Of a stretch of 64,000 nucleotides of DNA, positions 37,583 to 47,025 are shown one piece after another. Source of the stretch: a virus. The stretch lies in the IMG/VR virus record IMGVR_UViG_3300022745_000021, positions 1-64,000 of that record. One strand, written 5' to 3'. The position numbers and the translations under genes are program-made. The notes beneath the pieces were generated by a model, which did no database searches, was not told the DNA's origin, and saw only the letters and a program-made list of their open reading frames with translations. Each line of letters starts with the position of its first letter. Within the stretch, counting starts at the first letter, position 1.

Positions 37583-38023
37583 TCACTGGGAGCCTCCCGC
37601 GATCTCGGCGAGCATCACGTCGATCTGGTCCCGGGCAGCCTCTAGGTAACGCCGCTTAGCCTGCGCGCCCATGTCGGGCAACTCCCCCGTGGTCAGGCCC
37701 GGGCAGATGCTCGCCGCTTCCAGCATCGAGGCCGCCGCCGCGCCCATTTCGGCGGGCAGGTCGAACGCCATCAGCATGTACGCCGCGACCAGCCGCTGGC
37801 GCCGGTCGATCGGCATGCCGGGCCGGTGCTCGCGCACTTCCCAGTCAACCAAGGTGCCGTCCGGGTGCGTGACCCGGAACGAGCCTTGGTCGTCGCCGTA
37901 GTTGGCCTCCAGTTCGACTGCGAGCGCTTCGACGATCTCGGAAAGGTCGCTGATCTCGGAAAGCTCGGTGTTGCCCTGCACCTTGAGGGTGATCGTCGTG
38001 GTGGTGATCGGTGCCTTGCTCAT
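37583..38023 (-). CDS. Hypothetical protein
   Basis: ATGA coupling at 38020-38023. Confidence 0.7.
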   Translation of the reverse strand: MSKAPITTTTITLKVQGNTELSEISDLSEIVEALAVELEANYGDDQGSFRVTHPDGTLVDWEVREHRPGMPIDRRQRLVAAYMLMAFDLPAEMGAAAASMLEAASICPGLTTGELPDMGAQAKRRYLEAARDQIDVMLAEIAGGSQ

Positions 38024-38385
38024 AGCTCGGCCATCCATTCCCGGTCACCCCAGAGCACCACGGCGTTGCCGGCGATGTAGTCGCGGGCGGACAGGCGGGT
38101 TTCCGGCGCGAGCAGCCCGGCGCGCTTGGCGACGCGTTCCCATTCGAGCGTCGCGGGATCGTTCACGGGCTTGAGCGGGCCGCCGTAGGCACCCTTGGCC
38201 CCCTCGTCGATATAGACGACGCAGCGCTGCTTCTCGTCGCCGAGCAGGGTGTCCCAGCCGGGCACCTTTTCCATGTACTGGCACTCCAGCGCCGCGTAAA
38301 TCTCTTGCAGGCTCGGCACCCGGCCGTCGCAGGTGGTGGTCTCGGTCGTGCCATCGGGCCGGATGACCCGCATGTAACCCTTCAT
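38020..38385 (-). CDS. Hypothetical protein (DUF3846-like)
   Basis: L.EI...L....E.V...DE...P.N..AT...DYIAGNAVV pattern; GAGGAG RBS; TTGACG-17-TATACT promoter. Confidence 0.7.
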   Translation of the reverse strand: MKGYMRVIRPDGTTETTTCDGRVPSLQEIYAALECQYMEKVPGWDTLLGDEKQRCVVYIDEGAKGAYGGPLKPVNDPATLEWERVAKRAGLLAPETRLSARDYIAGNAVVLWGDREWMAEL

Positions 38386-38428
38386 GGTGAAATGTCTCCT
38401 CTTGCTGCCGGCTACGAGTATAGCAAAA

Positions 38429-38719
38429 TCACGTTTCTACGTCAAGCGCAGGCTCCGGGGGAAGGCCGTGTTCATACCAGTCCGCGTAGGCCAGATGCCG
38501 GCCTTCTGGGGGAAGCCCTTCCCGCTTGCAACCGGCTGCAAACCCGGCGCAGGGTCGCACTTCGCCCGGCTCGGCGCTGTGGCAGCCCCAGTTGAGGCCG
38601 CGCTCGCGCTTCCAGCCCATGATCTCGAACACCGAGGGCACGCAGCCGAGGTTGATCGCGTTCTCCGCGCGGTCCGAGTGCGAGAACGGGTAGGTAGGGC
38701 ACATTTTCGCGGCGCTCAC
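38429..38719 (-). CDS. Small Cys-rich protein related to the CxxCP...CH...CAG family
   Basis: CPTYPF...WGCHS...PCAGF; GTGA coupling. Confidence 0.65.
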   Translation of the reverse strand: MSAAKMCPTYPFSHSDRAENAINLGCVPSVFEIMGWKRERGLNWGCHSAEPGEVRPCAGFAAGCKREGLPPEGRHLAYADWYEHGLPPEPALDVET

Positions 38720-39234
38720 CGCTCGCCCTCCCCGCTGCCCGATCGCGTCCGCGTGCCGCACCCTGCCCTGTCGGGTCGCCAGAAGCGCGCGGCGCGGCCT
38801 TCGGGGTTCTCGTGGTGGAGCAGGAACGCGTTGGGGTTGTCGAACGCCTCGCGCGACGCCTCCAGCGTGGTCTCGGCGACCGCATGCGCGGCGCTGCCAC
38901 AGGGGTGGCCGGGGATCAGGCCCATATTGCGCCGAAACGCCGCCAGACCGGCGCAGGAACGCGGCCGGTCGGCGTCGGGATCGTGGTGGGTGGCGACATG
39001 CCCGTCGAAGTGCTTCGACATGTGGCAGGCGATGTCAGCGGGGCCGAACGCGGCTTCGAGGTACATCGTCGGGGTCCAGCCGCCGAGCGCCCCGGGGACG
39101 GCGTCCTTGCGCCACGGGCACCCATTGCAGGTCTTTTTCGCCGGGCTGCGAAAGCCCTTGGCGGCTGGGACGAGCTTCAAATCCTGCGACAGGGCGTCGT
39201 CAGGCGTGCGGGGGTTGGGTCGGGCTTGCGCCAT
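38716..39234 (-). CDS. CxxCPW...CH...CAG family protein
   Basis: TCNGCPWRKDA...ACH.S...SCAGL; GAGGAG RBS. Confidence 0.75.
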   Translation of the reverse strand: MAQARPNPRTPDDALSQDLKLVPAAKGFRSPAKKTCNGCPWRKDAVPGALGGWTPTMYLEAAFGPADIACHMSKHFDGHVATHHDPDADRPRSCAGLAAFRRNMGLIPGHPCGSAAHAVAETTLEASREAFDNPNAFLLHHENPEGRAARFWRPDRAGCGTRTRSGSGEGER

Positions 39235-39282
39235 AGGTGTAGGTCTCCTCGTTTGCTGCCGAGGACACCTTACACCCGTGGG

Positions 39283-39324
39283 CGCAATAATCAACCCCTA
39301 GATTTGTAGGGGTTGATTATTGCG
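39283..39324. repeat. Perfect 18-bp inverted repeat with 6-nt loop
   Basis: cgcaataatcaaccccta-gatttg-taggggttgattattgcg. Confidence 0.9.
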
Positions 39325-39778
39325 AGAGGCGGACGATGACCGAACCGGTCGAACGCGTGAAGTCGAGGTAGTAGGTCTCACCGACCTCCGACGGGATGAT
39401 CGCCAGCTTCTCCTGCGCGTTCCCGGTGAACTGCGCGTAGGCCGCGCCGCCCTGCGTCACCGGCAGCTTGGTGGTGCCGCCGTCGATCGAGCGCAGCAGC
39501 TTGACCGTGCCGGTCCACGTGCCGGACAGCGTCAGCCACATCGCGCGGCCCAGCTGCGGAACAAACGCGTCGCTCTGCCCGGTGGCGTTCAGCGTCGCGA
39601 CCAGCGGGGTGGAACCGGCCGCTCCGACATCGGGGACGAACGAGCCATCCTGATCGACGCCGCCGGTGACCACGGCCATCGCCTGCGGGGACGTCCTGTC
39701 GCCGGCAACCAGCGGCACCGCGCCGTAGAACATCCGGCCGTCGCCAGCATCGAACTTGGAGAGGGTGGGCTTGGGCAT
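39317..39778 (-). CDS. Beta-rich hypothetical protein, possibly virion-associated
   Basis: LSGTWTGTV.L.RS.DGG motif; CCTATAT-type promoter upstream. Confidence 0.75.
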   Translation of the reverse strand: MPKPTLSKFDAGDGRMFYGAVPLVAGDRTSPQAMAVVTGGVDQDGSFVPDVGAAGSTPLVATLNATGQSDAFVPQLGRAMWLTLSGTWTGTVKLLRSIDGGTTKLPVTQGGAAYAQFTGNAQEKLAIIPSEVGETYYLDFTRSTGSVIVRLSQ

Positions 39779-39884
39779 GGTCGGTCCCCTGTCTGTGTGG
39801 GTTTCGCGTCAGCCCCCCATATAGGAAGGGGGCCGAGCCGATCAACAGCCCGGCCCCCTCGCCCGTTGCAACTGGTTGCAACCG

Positions 39885-40523
39885 TCAGTCGGCCAGCACC
39901 GACGTCTTGGCGTTGGTGATCGCCTCGCGCGCGGCCGGGGTCAGGAACCACGTGAACCCCTCCCCCGTGCGCCTGCCCTCGCTGCGCACGAGTGCCCCGG
40001 CAACCTCCAGCGTCCGAATGCGGTTGCCCGTTTCCTTGACGCTCTTGTCGATCAGCGTGGCAATCGAGCGCGTCGTCAGGCCCTCGCGGAACACGTACAG
40101 CGCCCGCATGATCTGCCTACCCGTGTTCTCCCGCTCGGCCAGCGGCGTGTGCCGGCGGGTCCGCATGGTCGCCGTCACCTCCGTGACCGGTTCTTCGGGG
40201 GCAGGCTTGTGCGAAAGCACCACCGGGCGCGCTACCGCCGCCGGATCGAGCTTGGAGACCACGTGTTCGCGCGGCGGGAGCATGACTGGGATCGGCGTGC
40301 CGCTGACGGCGTGGTTGACCAGCCCGCCCGTCGGGGTACGGCGATCCCAAGGGTACTTGGACGGCTCGGTCGGGGCGGGGAACGCTTCCTCGGGGGTGGC
40401 CCACGCGATCAGCGTTCCAGTGTGCTCGGCCTTGCACGGCGCATCGGTTTCGGGGCGCAGGGGATCGCCGATCGGGCGCAATTCCTGCCCGAACAGCGCG
40501 AAGAACTTGTCGATGATACGCAT
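39885..40523 (-). CDS. Protein with C-terminal winged HTH
   Basis: GLTTRSIATLIDKSVKETGNRIRTLEVAGALVR...WFLT; GAGGAG RBS. Confidence 0.7.
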   Translation of the reverse strand: MRIIDKFFALFGQELRPIGDPLRPETDAPCKAEHTGTLIAWATPEEAFPAPTEPSKYPWDRRTPTGGLVNHAVSGTPIPVMLPPREHVVSKLDPAAVARPVVLSHKPAPEEPVTEVTATMRTRRHTPLAERENTGRQIMRALYVFREGLTTRSIATLIDKSVKETGNRIRTLEVAGALVRSEGRRTGEGFTWFLTPAAREAITNAKTSVLAD

Positions 40524-40539
40524 GATGCCAGTCTCCTCG

Positions 40540-41583
40540 TTATGCGCCCGGGTGCTCCCAAAGGCTGATCTTGTCGAAGCGGGTGCCCTGACGGTTTTCA
40601 GGCCACTCGTGGAAGGTGAAGATCGGCGCCGAACCGTACACGCCGTCGAGCACGTACAGGAACGCGTCGGCCGGCGGCACATCGCGGGTCAGCCGGTCGG
40701 GCCAGTACGCCTTGAACACCCGGCCCCGGTACTCGAAGCTGTCGGGGAACACGTGGTGCGCCAGTTCGCGCGTCACTTTCATGCGGCGCACAGGTGTTGC
40801 CGTGCCATCGCCGCGCTGGATCACGCCGACGGTGGACGCCGCGCCGCCGGTGAGCGCTTCGCGGGTGGCCTCGGGTTGCTTGGCCGGGCACGGCTTGGCA
40901 AGCTCGCCCCACGTGCCGATCCCGTCGGTTGCACCGCAGTGCACGCAAATCTCGTCGAACGAGCTTGCATCGGACACGCGGGTATCGTGCGATGGGTGGC
41001 AGCCGGCCGGACCGGGCAGCGCGGCGTCGATGCGGGAAAGAATGTCCTTGAACGTCGAGTAGGTCGCCCGAGAGCGCACCTCACCCGCCTCGACCCGCGC
41101 CACGAACCGACGCGCTGCCGCGATAAGATCGGCGGTGGCTTGCGCGTCGGGTTCGGGCACGGGGACTGGCGATGCAACAGGCAGCGCGGAGCCGGTGGGC
41201 TTGGCCCGCTGCTTGGCGCGGATCGCGTCGAGCTTGCCCCAGACGCGGGTCAGTTCGTGGCTGGCGCAGGTGCGCATGTCGTAGGAGCGCGCGTTGCACA
41301 GCGCCGCCAGCGTGACCATGACGCCGCCGATCTCCTGCCCCGGCTCGCCGACCTCGCGGGCGAACACGTAATCGACCAGCGCGTGAGCGCGTTCCTTGGT
41401 CCAGCCGGGGGTGGTCTGCGCCAGTTCCAGCGCTTCCTCGATAAACCGGTCGGCGCGCTCGGTGACATCGCTGGCGATGGCGATGCCGAAACAGGCGATC
41501 GTCCAGTCCTGCACGGCGCGCTGGAACACGCCCAGTTCGAGGCGCATGGGATCGAAGGTCATTACGTCGGTGTCAGGGGTCAC
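40540..41583 (-). CDS. MazG-like NTP pyrophosphohydrolase domain protein
   Basis: FQ..V..W...CFG...ER..RF.EEALEL...QEIGGVMVTLAAL; GTGA coupling. Confidence 0.7.
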   Translation of the reverse strand: MTPDTDVMTFDPMRLELGVFQRAVQDWTIACFGIAIASDVTERADRFIEEALELAQTTPGWTKERAHALVDYVFAREVGEPGQEIGGVMVTLAALCNARSYDMRTCASHELTRVWGKLDAIRAKQRAKPTGSALPVASPVPVPEPDAQATADLIAAARRFVARVEAGEVRSRATYSTFKDILSRIDAALPGPAGCHPSHDTRVSDASSFDEICVHCGATDGIGTWGELAKPCPAKQPEATREALTGGAASTVGVIQRGDGTATPVRRMKVTRELAHHVFPDSFEYRGRVFKAYWPDRLTRDVPPADAFLYVLDGVYGSAPIFTFHEWPENRQGTRFDKISLWEHPGA

Positions 41584-41836
41584 TTCTTGCCTTTCCGCCG
41601 GGCCTTGCCGGCTGCTTTGTTGGCCTTGCGGCTCTGGAGTTTGCGTTTGGCGCGGTGGCCGTAGCGCGCGGCTTCGCGGTCCTTGGATTGGACCCTTCCC
41701 GCGCCCCAGTCGTAGATCGCCTGCTCCGGGTCGGGGTAACGGACATCCTCCGCGCACTCGATCACGTAGGGCGTCCAGCCGTCGCGGCAGGGCCAGCTGT
41801 CGAACAGCAGGTTGGGCACCGTGGGGCTGCTCTGCA

Positions 41837-41837
<1 letters not shown>
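41580..41837 (-). CDS. Hypothetical protein with basic C-terminus
   Basis: TGATG coupling; K/R-rich tail. Confidence 0.65.
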
Positions 41838-42397
<560 letters not shown>

Positions 42398-42524
42398 TGT
42401 GTCTGGTCTCCTCTAGCTACCTACATGTGTTCTACATCGCGCCGCCTACACGCGCAACATAATTTTACGTCAAACGGTTGCACGGATATTTGCAACTCGT
42501 TGCACCGCGATTATCTCTCGGGGC

Positions 42525-42944
42525 ATGAAAACGCTCTTGCTTCTCGCCGCTCTGGCCCCGGTTGTTGCCGGCGCTGGCACACCCGCCCCGCGCACCGCGT
42601 CCGATCCGTTCATCCGCTACGCCCGGCACGCGCTCGATACCCGCCTCAAGGACTATCCCCGCGCCCGGTTCCGCGACGCCCATGTCACCGTCTACGGGGA
42701 TACCCACCGCCGGGTGCTGTGCGGGCGGATCAACGCCCCCAATTCCTACGGGGCGATGACCGGCTGGCACGATTTCGTGGTGGGGACCAACGACATCGGC
42801 GATCCCTACCTGTACGAAGGCACCGACGACGTGACCGTGGCGATCATTGCCCAGCGCTGCACCGACGGCGTTCAGGCAGAGGAGCAGGACGTGTCTGGGT
42901 TGATCGCGGCCAGTGCTCCCGGCGCGGGCGCCGGGGTCTCATAG
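42525..42944 (+). CDS. Exported protein with signal peptide
   Basis: MKTLLLLAALAPVVAGA; LKD...ARFR...VLCG.INA.NSYGAM.GW..F motif; 3' end overlaps the convergent gene. Confidence 0.75.
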   Translation: MKTLLLLAALAPVVAGAGTPAPRTASDPFIRYARHALDTRLKDYPRARFRDAHVTVYGDTHRRVLCGRINAPNSYGAMTGWHDFVVGTNDIGDPYLYEGTDDVTVAIIAQRCTDGVQAEEQDVSGLIAASAPGAGAGVS

Positions 42945-43483
42945 TAGGGCGCGATCCCGCGATAGCGAAAGGCTTCGAGCGCCACGTCGTCGAGCTTGAT
43001 GCCGAGATGCAGGTCAAGGTCGGCCTCTGCCTCGGCGATCAGGCTTGCCGCCAGCGCCGCCGGGTCGAGGAGGTCCTTGTCGGTGCCGTACTCGTGCAGC
43101 GCCCGGATCGCGAACACGATCAGCCCATCATCGCGGTCCAGCTGGCGCGTGCCGTGCGGGACGTACGGGTCGAGGTAGTAGACCGTGCCCTCGGCAAGCG
43201 GCAACGGTTCCTGCCCTTCCACCTCCAACCAGTGGCTGCCCTCGGCGTAGAGGATCAGGCCGCCGATGCGCACGTCCGACGCAAAGTCCCGGTCGGTGTG
43301 CGTGCCTACCCCGCCGCGCCAGCCGGACAGGCAGCCGCACACCATGATCCCTTCCCCGTCCTCGTCGCCGAAGCCCCAGTCCGCCTCGTGGCCGAGCACC
43401 ACCTTGAGCGCGGACCGACGCAGGGCCTCGGGGATCGGCGCGACGCCGGGGTGAATCGACGCGGCGGACGCAGCCCGGTGCAT
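42872..43483 (-). CDS. Putative 2OG-Fe(II) oxygenase / cupin-fold protein
   Basis: HTD followed by G.VYY.D...PHG (HxD...H facial triad); TGATG coupling. Confidence 0.6.
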   Translation of the reverse strand: MHRAASAASIHPGVAPIPEALRRSALKVVLGHEADWGFGDEDGEGIMVCGCLSGWRGGVGTHTDRDFASDVRIGGLILYAEGSHWLEVEGQEPLPLAEGTVYYLDPYVPHGTRQLDRDDGLIVFAIRALHEYGTDKDLLDPAALAASLIAEAEADLDLHLGIKLDDVALEAFRYRGIAPYYETPAPAPGALAAINPDTSCSSA

Positions 43484-44190
43484 CAGTAGTCCCCCTTCCC
43501 GCGCGACACGTTGTCCTCGTCAAGCTCGATCTTGGTGCCACAGGCGACATAGGCGCGCAGGCGCTGTTCGACGCCGTACACCCGGCCGATGTAGGACTTG
43601 GACTCGGGCGTGATCGTGTTGTCGCCGACGTAGGCCCCGGCGAGCGTGCCGTCCTCGCGGATCAACAGCCGGTGCTTGCAGCGGTACTTGTCACGCTCGG
43701 CGTAGACGTTGTCCTCGTCGAGGTAGACCCACGTCGAGCCGTGGTCGTTATGCTCGACGATCACGGTGATGATCTCGCCCCATGCGTCGCTGTCGTGGGT
43801 TTCGAGCATGTACTCGGCGATCTTCGAGAGCTTGACCTCCTTGGGGGCCAGCGAGAGCAGTTCATCCATGTCCTGCGCCAGCCTGCCGGCGACGACTTCG
43901 CTGACACGCGCCTCGATCTGCGCTTTCAGCATTTGCGTGACGACGTGGCCGTAGCTCGGCAGATCAATGCGATCGACCTTGAGCGCGTCTTGGACCGCCG
44001 CCTCGATCATCTTACCAACGTCGGAATAGGTGCGCAGTGCACGGTCGATGGTCTCGATGACCAGCTTCTCGACACGGGTGTTCACTTCCTTCTCGACGAA
44101 CTCGGGGGTCATCTTGGCCGCGACCGCGTTGGCGATCAGGCCGGTGAAGGCGTCGGGGGCGGTTTCGGTGAGGGTATCGGTGTCAGCCAT
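43483..44190 (-). CDS. Hypothetical protein
   Basis: GGAG RBS; 235 aa with coding bias. Confidence 0.8.
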   Translation of the reverse strand: MADTDTLTETAPDAFTGLIANAVAAKMTPEFVEKEVNTRVEKLVIETIDRALRTYSDVGKMIEAAVQDALKVDRIDLPSYGHVVTQMLKAQIEARVSEVVAGRLAQDMDELLSLAPKEVKLSKIAEYMLETHDSDAWGEIITVIVEHNDHGSTWVYLDEDNVYAERDKYRCKHRLLIREDGTLAGAYVGDNTITPESKSYIGRVYGVEQRLRAYVACGTKIELDEDNVSRGKGDY

Positions 44191-44611
44191 TGCGGGTCTC
44201 CCAAGGCGAGCGGAAGGTGGGGGCGGCGGGGATGTTGTCGCGGTCGAGCACGTAGGAGGTGCGCTCGTCGGGGATACCTCCCCCGCGCTTCACGGTGACG
44301 TGCACCCTGCCCTCCCGATCGTCCGAGAAGCGGATGCTGTCCCGGAAGCTGCGCAGCACGGCGTTGTAGATCATCGTGTCGGTGACCCAGAACATCCACC
44401 ACTTGCGGCGGCCGATGGTCTCGTGCACCAGTTCGGGCACGGTGTCGGTCTCGATCAGGTTGATCTGGTCGAGCAGCATGGGAAGCTCGGCGAGGAAGCG
44501 GTCGCGCACGCCGCCTTCCTTGGGGATTTTCGCCATGTCGTGGATCGTCACGCACGGGTACGTGCGGGGGCCTGATCCCTGACTGGTCTCGGGGTTGGTC
44601 TCGGTAGTGAT
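44183..44611 (-). CDS. Hypothetical protein (possible ATC start at 44611; first canonical start 44551)
   Basis: GAGGAG 7 nt upstream of an in-frame ATC; no RBS before the GTG at 44551. Confidence 0.6.
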   Translation of the reverse strand: MTTETNPETSQGSGPRTYPCVTIHDMAKIPKEGGVRDRFLAELPMLLDQINLIETDTVPELVHETIGRRKWWMFWVTDTMIYNAVLRSFRDSIRFSDDREGRVHVTVKRGGGIPDERTSYVLDRDNIPAAPTFRSPWETRNG

Positions 44612-44643
44612 GGGGCTTCTCCTCGTTGGTTACTTCCCAAGTG

Positions 44644-45153
44644 TTATACCACAAATGGGGTACATGTGTAGCTATTTCGGTTGCAACTCTCGAAGTCGGC
44701 GACCCCGTCCCGGGCGAAACCGCCGAACAACTCGAAGCGCAGCTGGCCGTTGCCATCCCGACTTGGCCCCTTGATGTGCAGCGCCATCACCGTCTCGAAC
44801 GTCCGGGGGTAGCCGCCGCGATCGAGGTGCCGGCATATCGCGTTACCCGCGCCCCTCCCCTGTGCCACGAAGAACGCCGCGTCGATCGTGCCCGCCTCGG
44901 TGCGGTGGCCGTCGGTGTACGTCTCGTCCACGTCGATATTGCCGATCCACTCCAGCGGGATTTCGAGGAGCTTGGGCGGCGGGGCTTGCTTCGCTTCGAG
45001 CGCGCAGGTGACGATCCGATAGGGCAGCAACCGCATTGCCCGCACACAGGTGTTCCCCGGGGCCGCGATCACCACCCGCCGGGGGCCGAGCGCATGGATA
45101 AACCCGCCGCGCAGCGCGCGCAGCATCAGCATGTCATCGTCGTGGGTCAGCAT
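44644..45153 (-). CDS. Hypothetical protein
   Basis: GGAG RBS before ATG 45153; overlaps the upstream stop. Confidence 0.6.
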   Translation of the reverse strand: MLTHDDDMLMLRALRGGFIHALGPRRVVIAAPGNTCVRAMRLLPYRIVTCALEAKQAPPPKLLEIPLEWIGNIDVDETYTDGHRTEAGTIDAAFFVAQGRGAGNAICRHLDRGGYPRTFETVMALHIKGPSRDGNGQLRFELFGGFARDGVADFESCNRNSYTCTPFVV

Positions 45154-45575
45154 AGGATGTCGGTCTCCGTGACAAGGTGTTGGACGGGAACGAAGCCCGT
45201 GAGGCTTGGTTGCGCCTTGGCGTGCTCTTTCACGGTGCGCAGTGCTTCGGCTCGGGTGCAATCCCGGCCGACGCCGTGGACGAGGACGTGATCGACCGAC
45301 GACAGGCTCTTGCGCCGCTCGAACAGCACCGACACCACGTGCACATGGAGCGTGGACGGCGCGGGGTCAGGCGCGGGCACGGGACCGGGGGCATCGTCTG
45401 CGTAGGGCGCGACCGGCCCCAGCACCACGAACCCGAAGTCGGCAAGCTCGGTGGTCGGGCACGTGTCCAGATGCCCGGCGAACTCCCACCAGCCGCGCCG
45501 GTACGACGCCACCTGCCGCGCGCCCTGCCCGTCGATGTCCTCGACCCAGTAGAAGCCGTCGGCGTAGTCCTTCAT
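45147..45575 (-). CDS. Hypothetical protein
   Basis: ATGA coupling; DGFYWV...V...GWW...VLGPV motif. Confidence 0.7.
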   Translation of the reverse strand: MKDYADGFYWVEDIDGQGARQVASYRRGWWEFAGHLDTCPTTELADFGFVVLGPVAPYADDAPGPVPAPDPAPSTLHVHVVSVLFERRKSLSSVDHVLVHGVGRDCTRAEALRTVKEHAKAQPSLTGFVPVQHLVTETDILC

Positions 45576-45967
45576 GCCCGGGCGATCTCCTCTACCGTCG
45601 CCCGCCGGACGCGCACGTAGTCGAAATCCATGTCGTCGTCGGACGAGAACCCGTCGCCCCGGTGGTACACGGCGGTGACGCCCTCCATGACCCACCAGCC
45701 CTCGCCGGGGCAGTCGATCAGCCCGCCCACGGCGTAGTCGAGGAAACTGCCGTACGCCTGTTCGTAGCTGGCCGCGCCGGTGACGCCCTCGGCGCCGTTC
45801 AGCACGGTCGCGCTCTCGATGCTGTGCTTGCCAACGCCCCAATGCGGATCGGTCTGGTCGGCGTACTCCTCGGCCACCACCTCGAAGATGACATCCTCGG
45901 GCGAGTTGAAGTCAAACTTCTCCGGTTCTTCGTCGCGGGCTGGATCGGCTGCGATCAGGTCGGTCAC
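45572..45967 (-). CDS. Acidic hypothetical protein
   Basis: GGAGGA RBS; GTGA coupling. Confidence 0.7.
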   Translation of the reverse strand: MTDLIAADPARDEEPEKFDFNSPEDVIFEVVAEEYADQTDPHWGVGKHSIESATVLNGAEGVTGAASYEQAYGSFLDYAVGGLIDCPGEGWWVMEGVTAVYHRGDGFSSDDDMDFDYVRVRRATVEEIARA

Positions 45968-46428
45968 CGGCCGTCCTCCAGCAGGAAGCAGGCACCGTGC
46001 GGGATGCCGTAGGGGTAGCTGTCGAGCAGGACCATTATGTTCTTGTCGGTGCTGCCATACAGGTAGATTTCCCACGCGCGCTTGGGGTCGTCCCAGCGGA
46101 TGTAGTGCAGGCCCTTCTCGATGGCATCCACCTGAGACACCTGCTTGAGCACACTGCGGCGTTGCAACCAGTTGCACTCGCCCTTGAGCGCGGTCACCTC
46201 GGCGTCGAGCTTGTGCCACAGGTACGACATCACGAGGAAGCCGCCGCCGGTCACCATGAACGCCGTCGCCAGCGGCAGCGCGGCAGGATGCAGGTCCCCC
46301 CGGGCGACGCCCATCATGCCGAACACGCCCATGCCGATGGTGATCGCCGCGCAGAGGTTGGCGACCTCCCGCCAGAAGCGGGACACGCGCGGGGGATGGT
46401 CGGTGGGGGACGATGTCGCCGATGCCAT
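45964..46428 (-). CDS. Membrane protein (2 TM)
   Basis: Two hydrophobic segments; first gene after the TTGACA-16-TATGAA cassette at 46437-46498. Confidence 0.75.
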   Translation of the reverse strand: MASATSSPTDHPPRVSRFWREVANLCAAITIGMGVFGMMGVARGDLHPAALPLATAFMVTGGGFLVMSYLWHKLDAEVTALKGECNWLQRRSVLKQVSQVDAIEKGLHYIRWDDPKRAWEIYLYGSTDKNIMVLLDSYPYGIPHGACFLLEDGR

Positions 46429-46604
46429 GGTGGGTGGTCTCCTCGCGGTTCGTTTGCTACCTAGATGTGTTCATACCACAACAGGGGTACGTGTCAAGCC
46501 CAGCGTCAGGTTGGTGGTGTCGTAGGTCATGGCGTGACATCCCATGTCGGACCGCCCGGGCAGGTGCAGGTGCATTCGTTACCCGGTCCGCCGTCGCGCT
46601 GACA

Positions 46605-46895
46605 TCACTCCCCATCGCGCGCCTCCATAAGTGCAGCGCGGACGGCGGCAATTTGTGCGCTGGCGAACAGTTCACCCGGCAGGCTGTTTGGATCGGGATG
46701 GACGTACCCGACGACTATCCCCGCCGCCTCCTCCAGCCCGGCGAGACGGCCCGCTGCGAAGGCGGTTTCGCGGTGGGTGGCGATAGATTGAGCCTCAGCA
46801 GTGAAGGCTAGACCAGCGCGTACTCTGTCAGCCATTTCATCGTCGAGTTCCAGCAGGTCGATCAGTAGGGCAATGTCGTCGTCATTCACGGTCAT
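46605..46895 (-). CDS. Hypothetical protein
   Basis: GGAG RBS; AG..AGLEEAA motif common in phage proteins. Confidence 0.65.
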   Translation of the reverse strand: MTVNDDDIALLIDLLELDDEMADRVRAGLAFTAEAQSIATHRETAFAAGRLAGLEEAAGIVVGYVHPDPNSLPGELFASAQIAAVRAALMEARDGE

Positions 46896-47025
46896 GGCCT
46901 GTCTCCCTTACGGTATTTCATCCTGAGGGCGGCAACTGCGTCCACCATATCGCGCTTAAACACGCACTCCGGCGTGACCTTGAGCCAGCACCACCACGCG
47001 GCAACTGATAGCCACCAACGAATGC

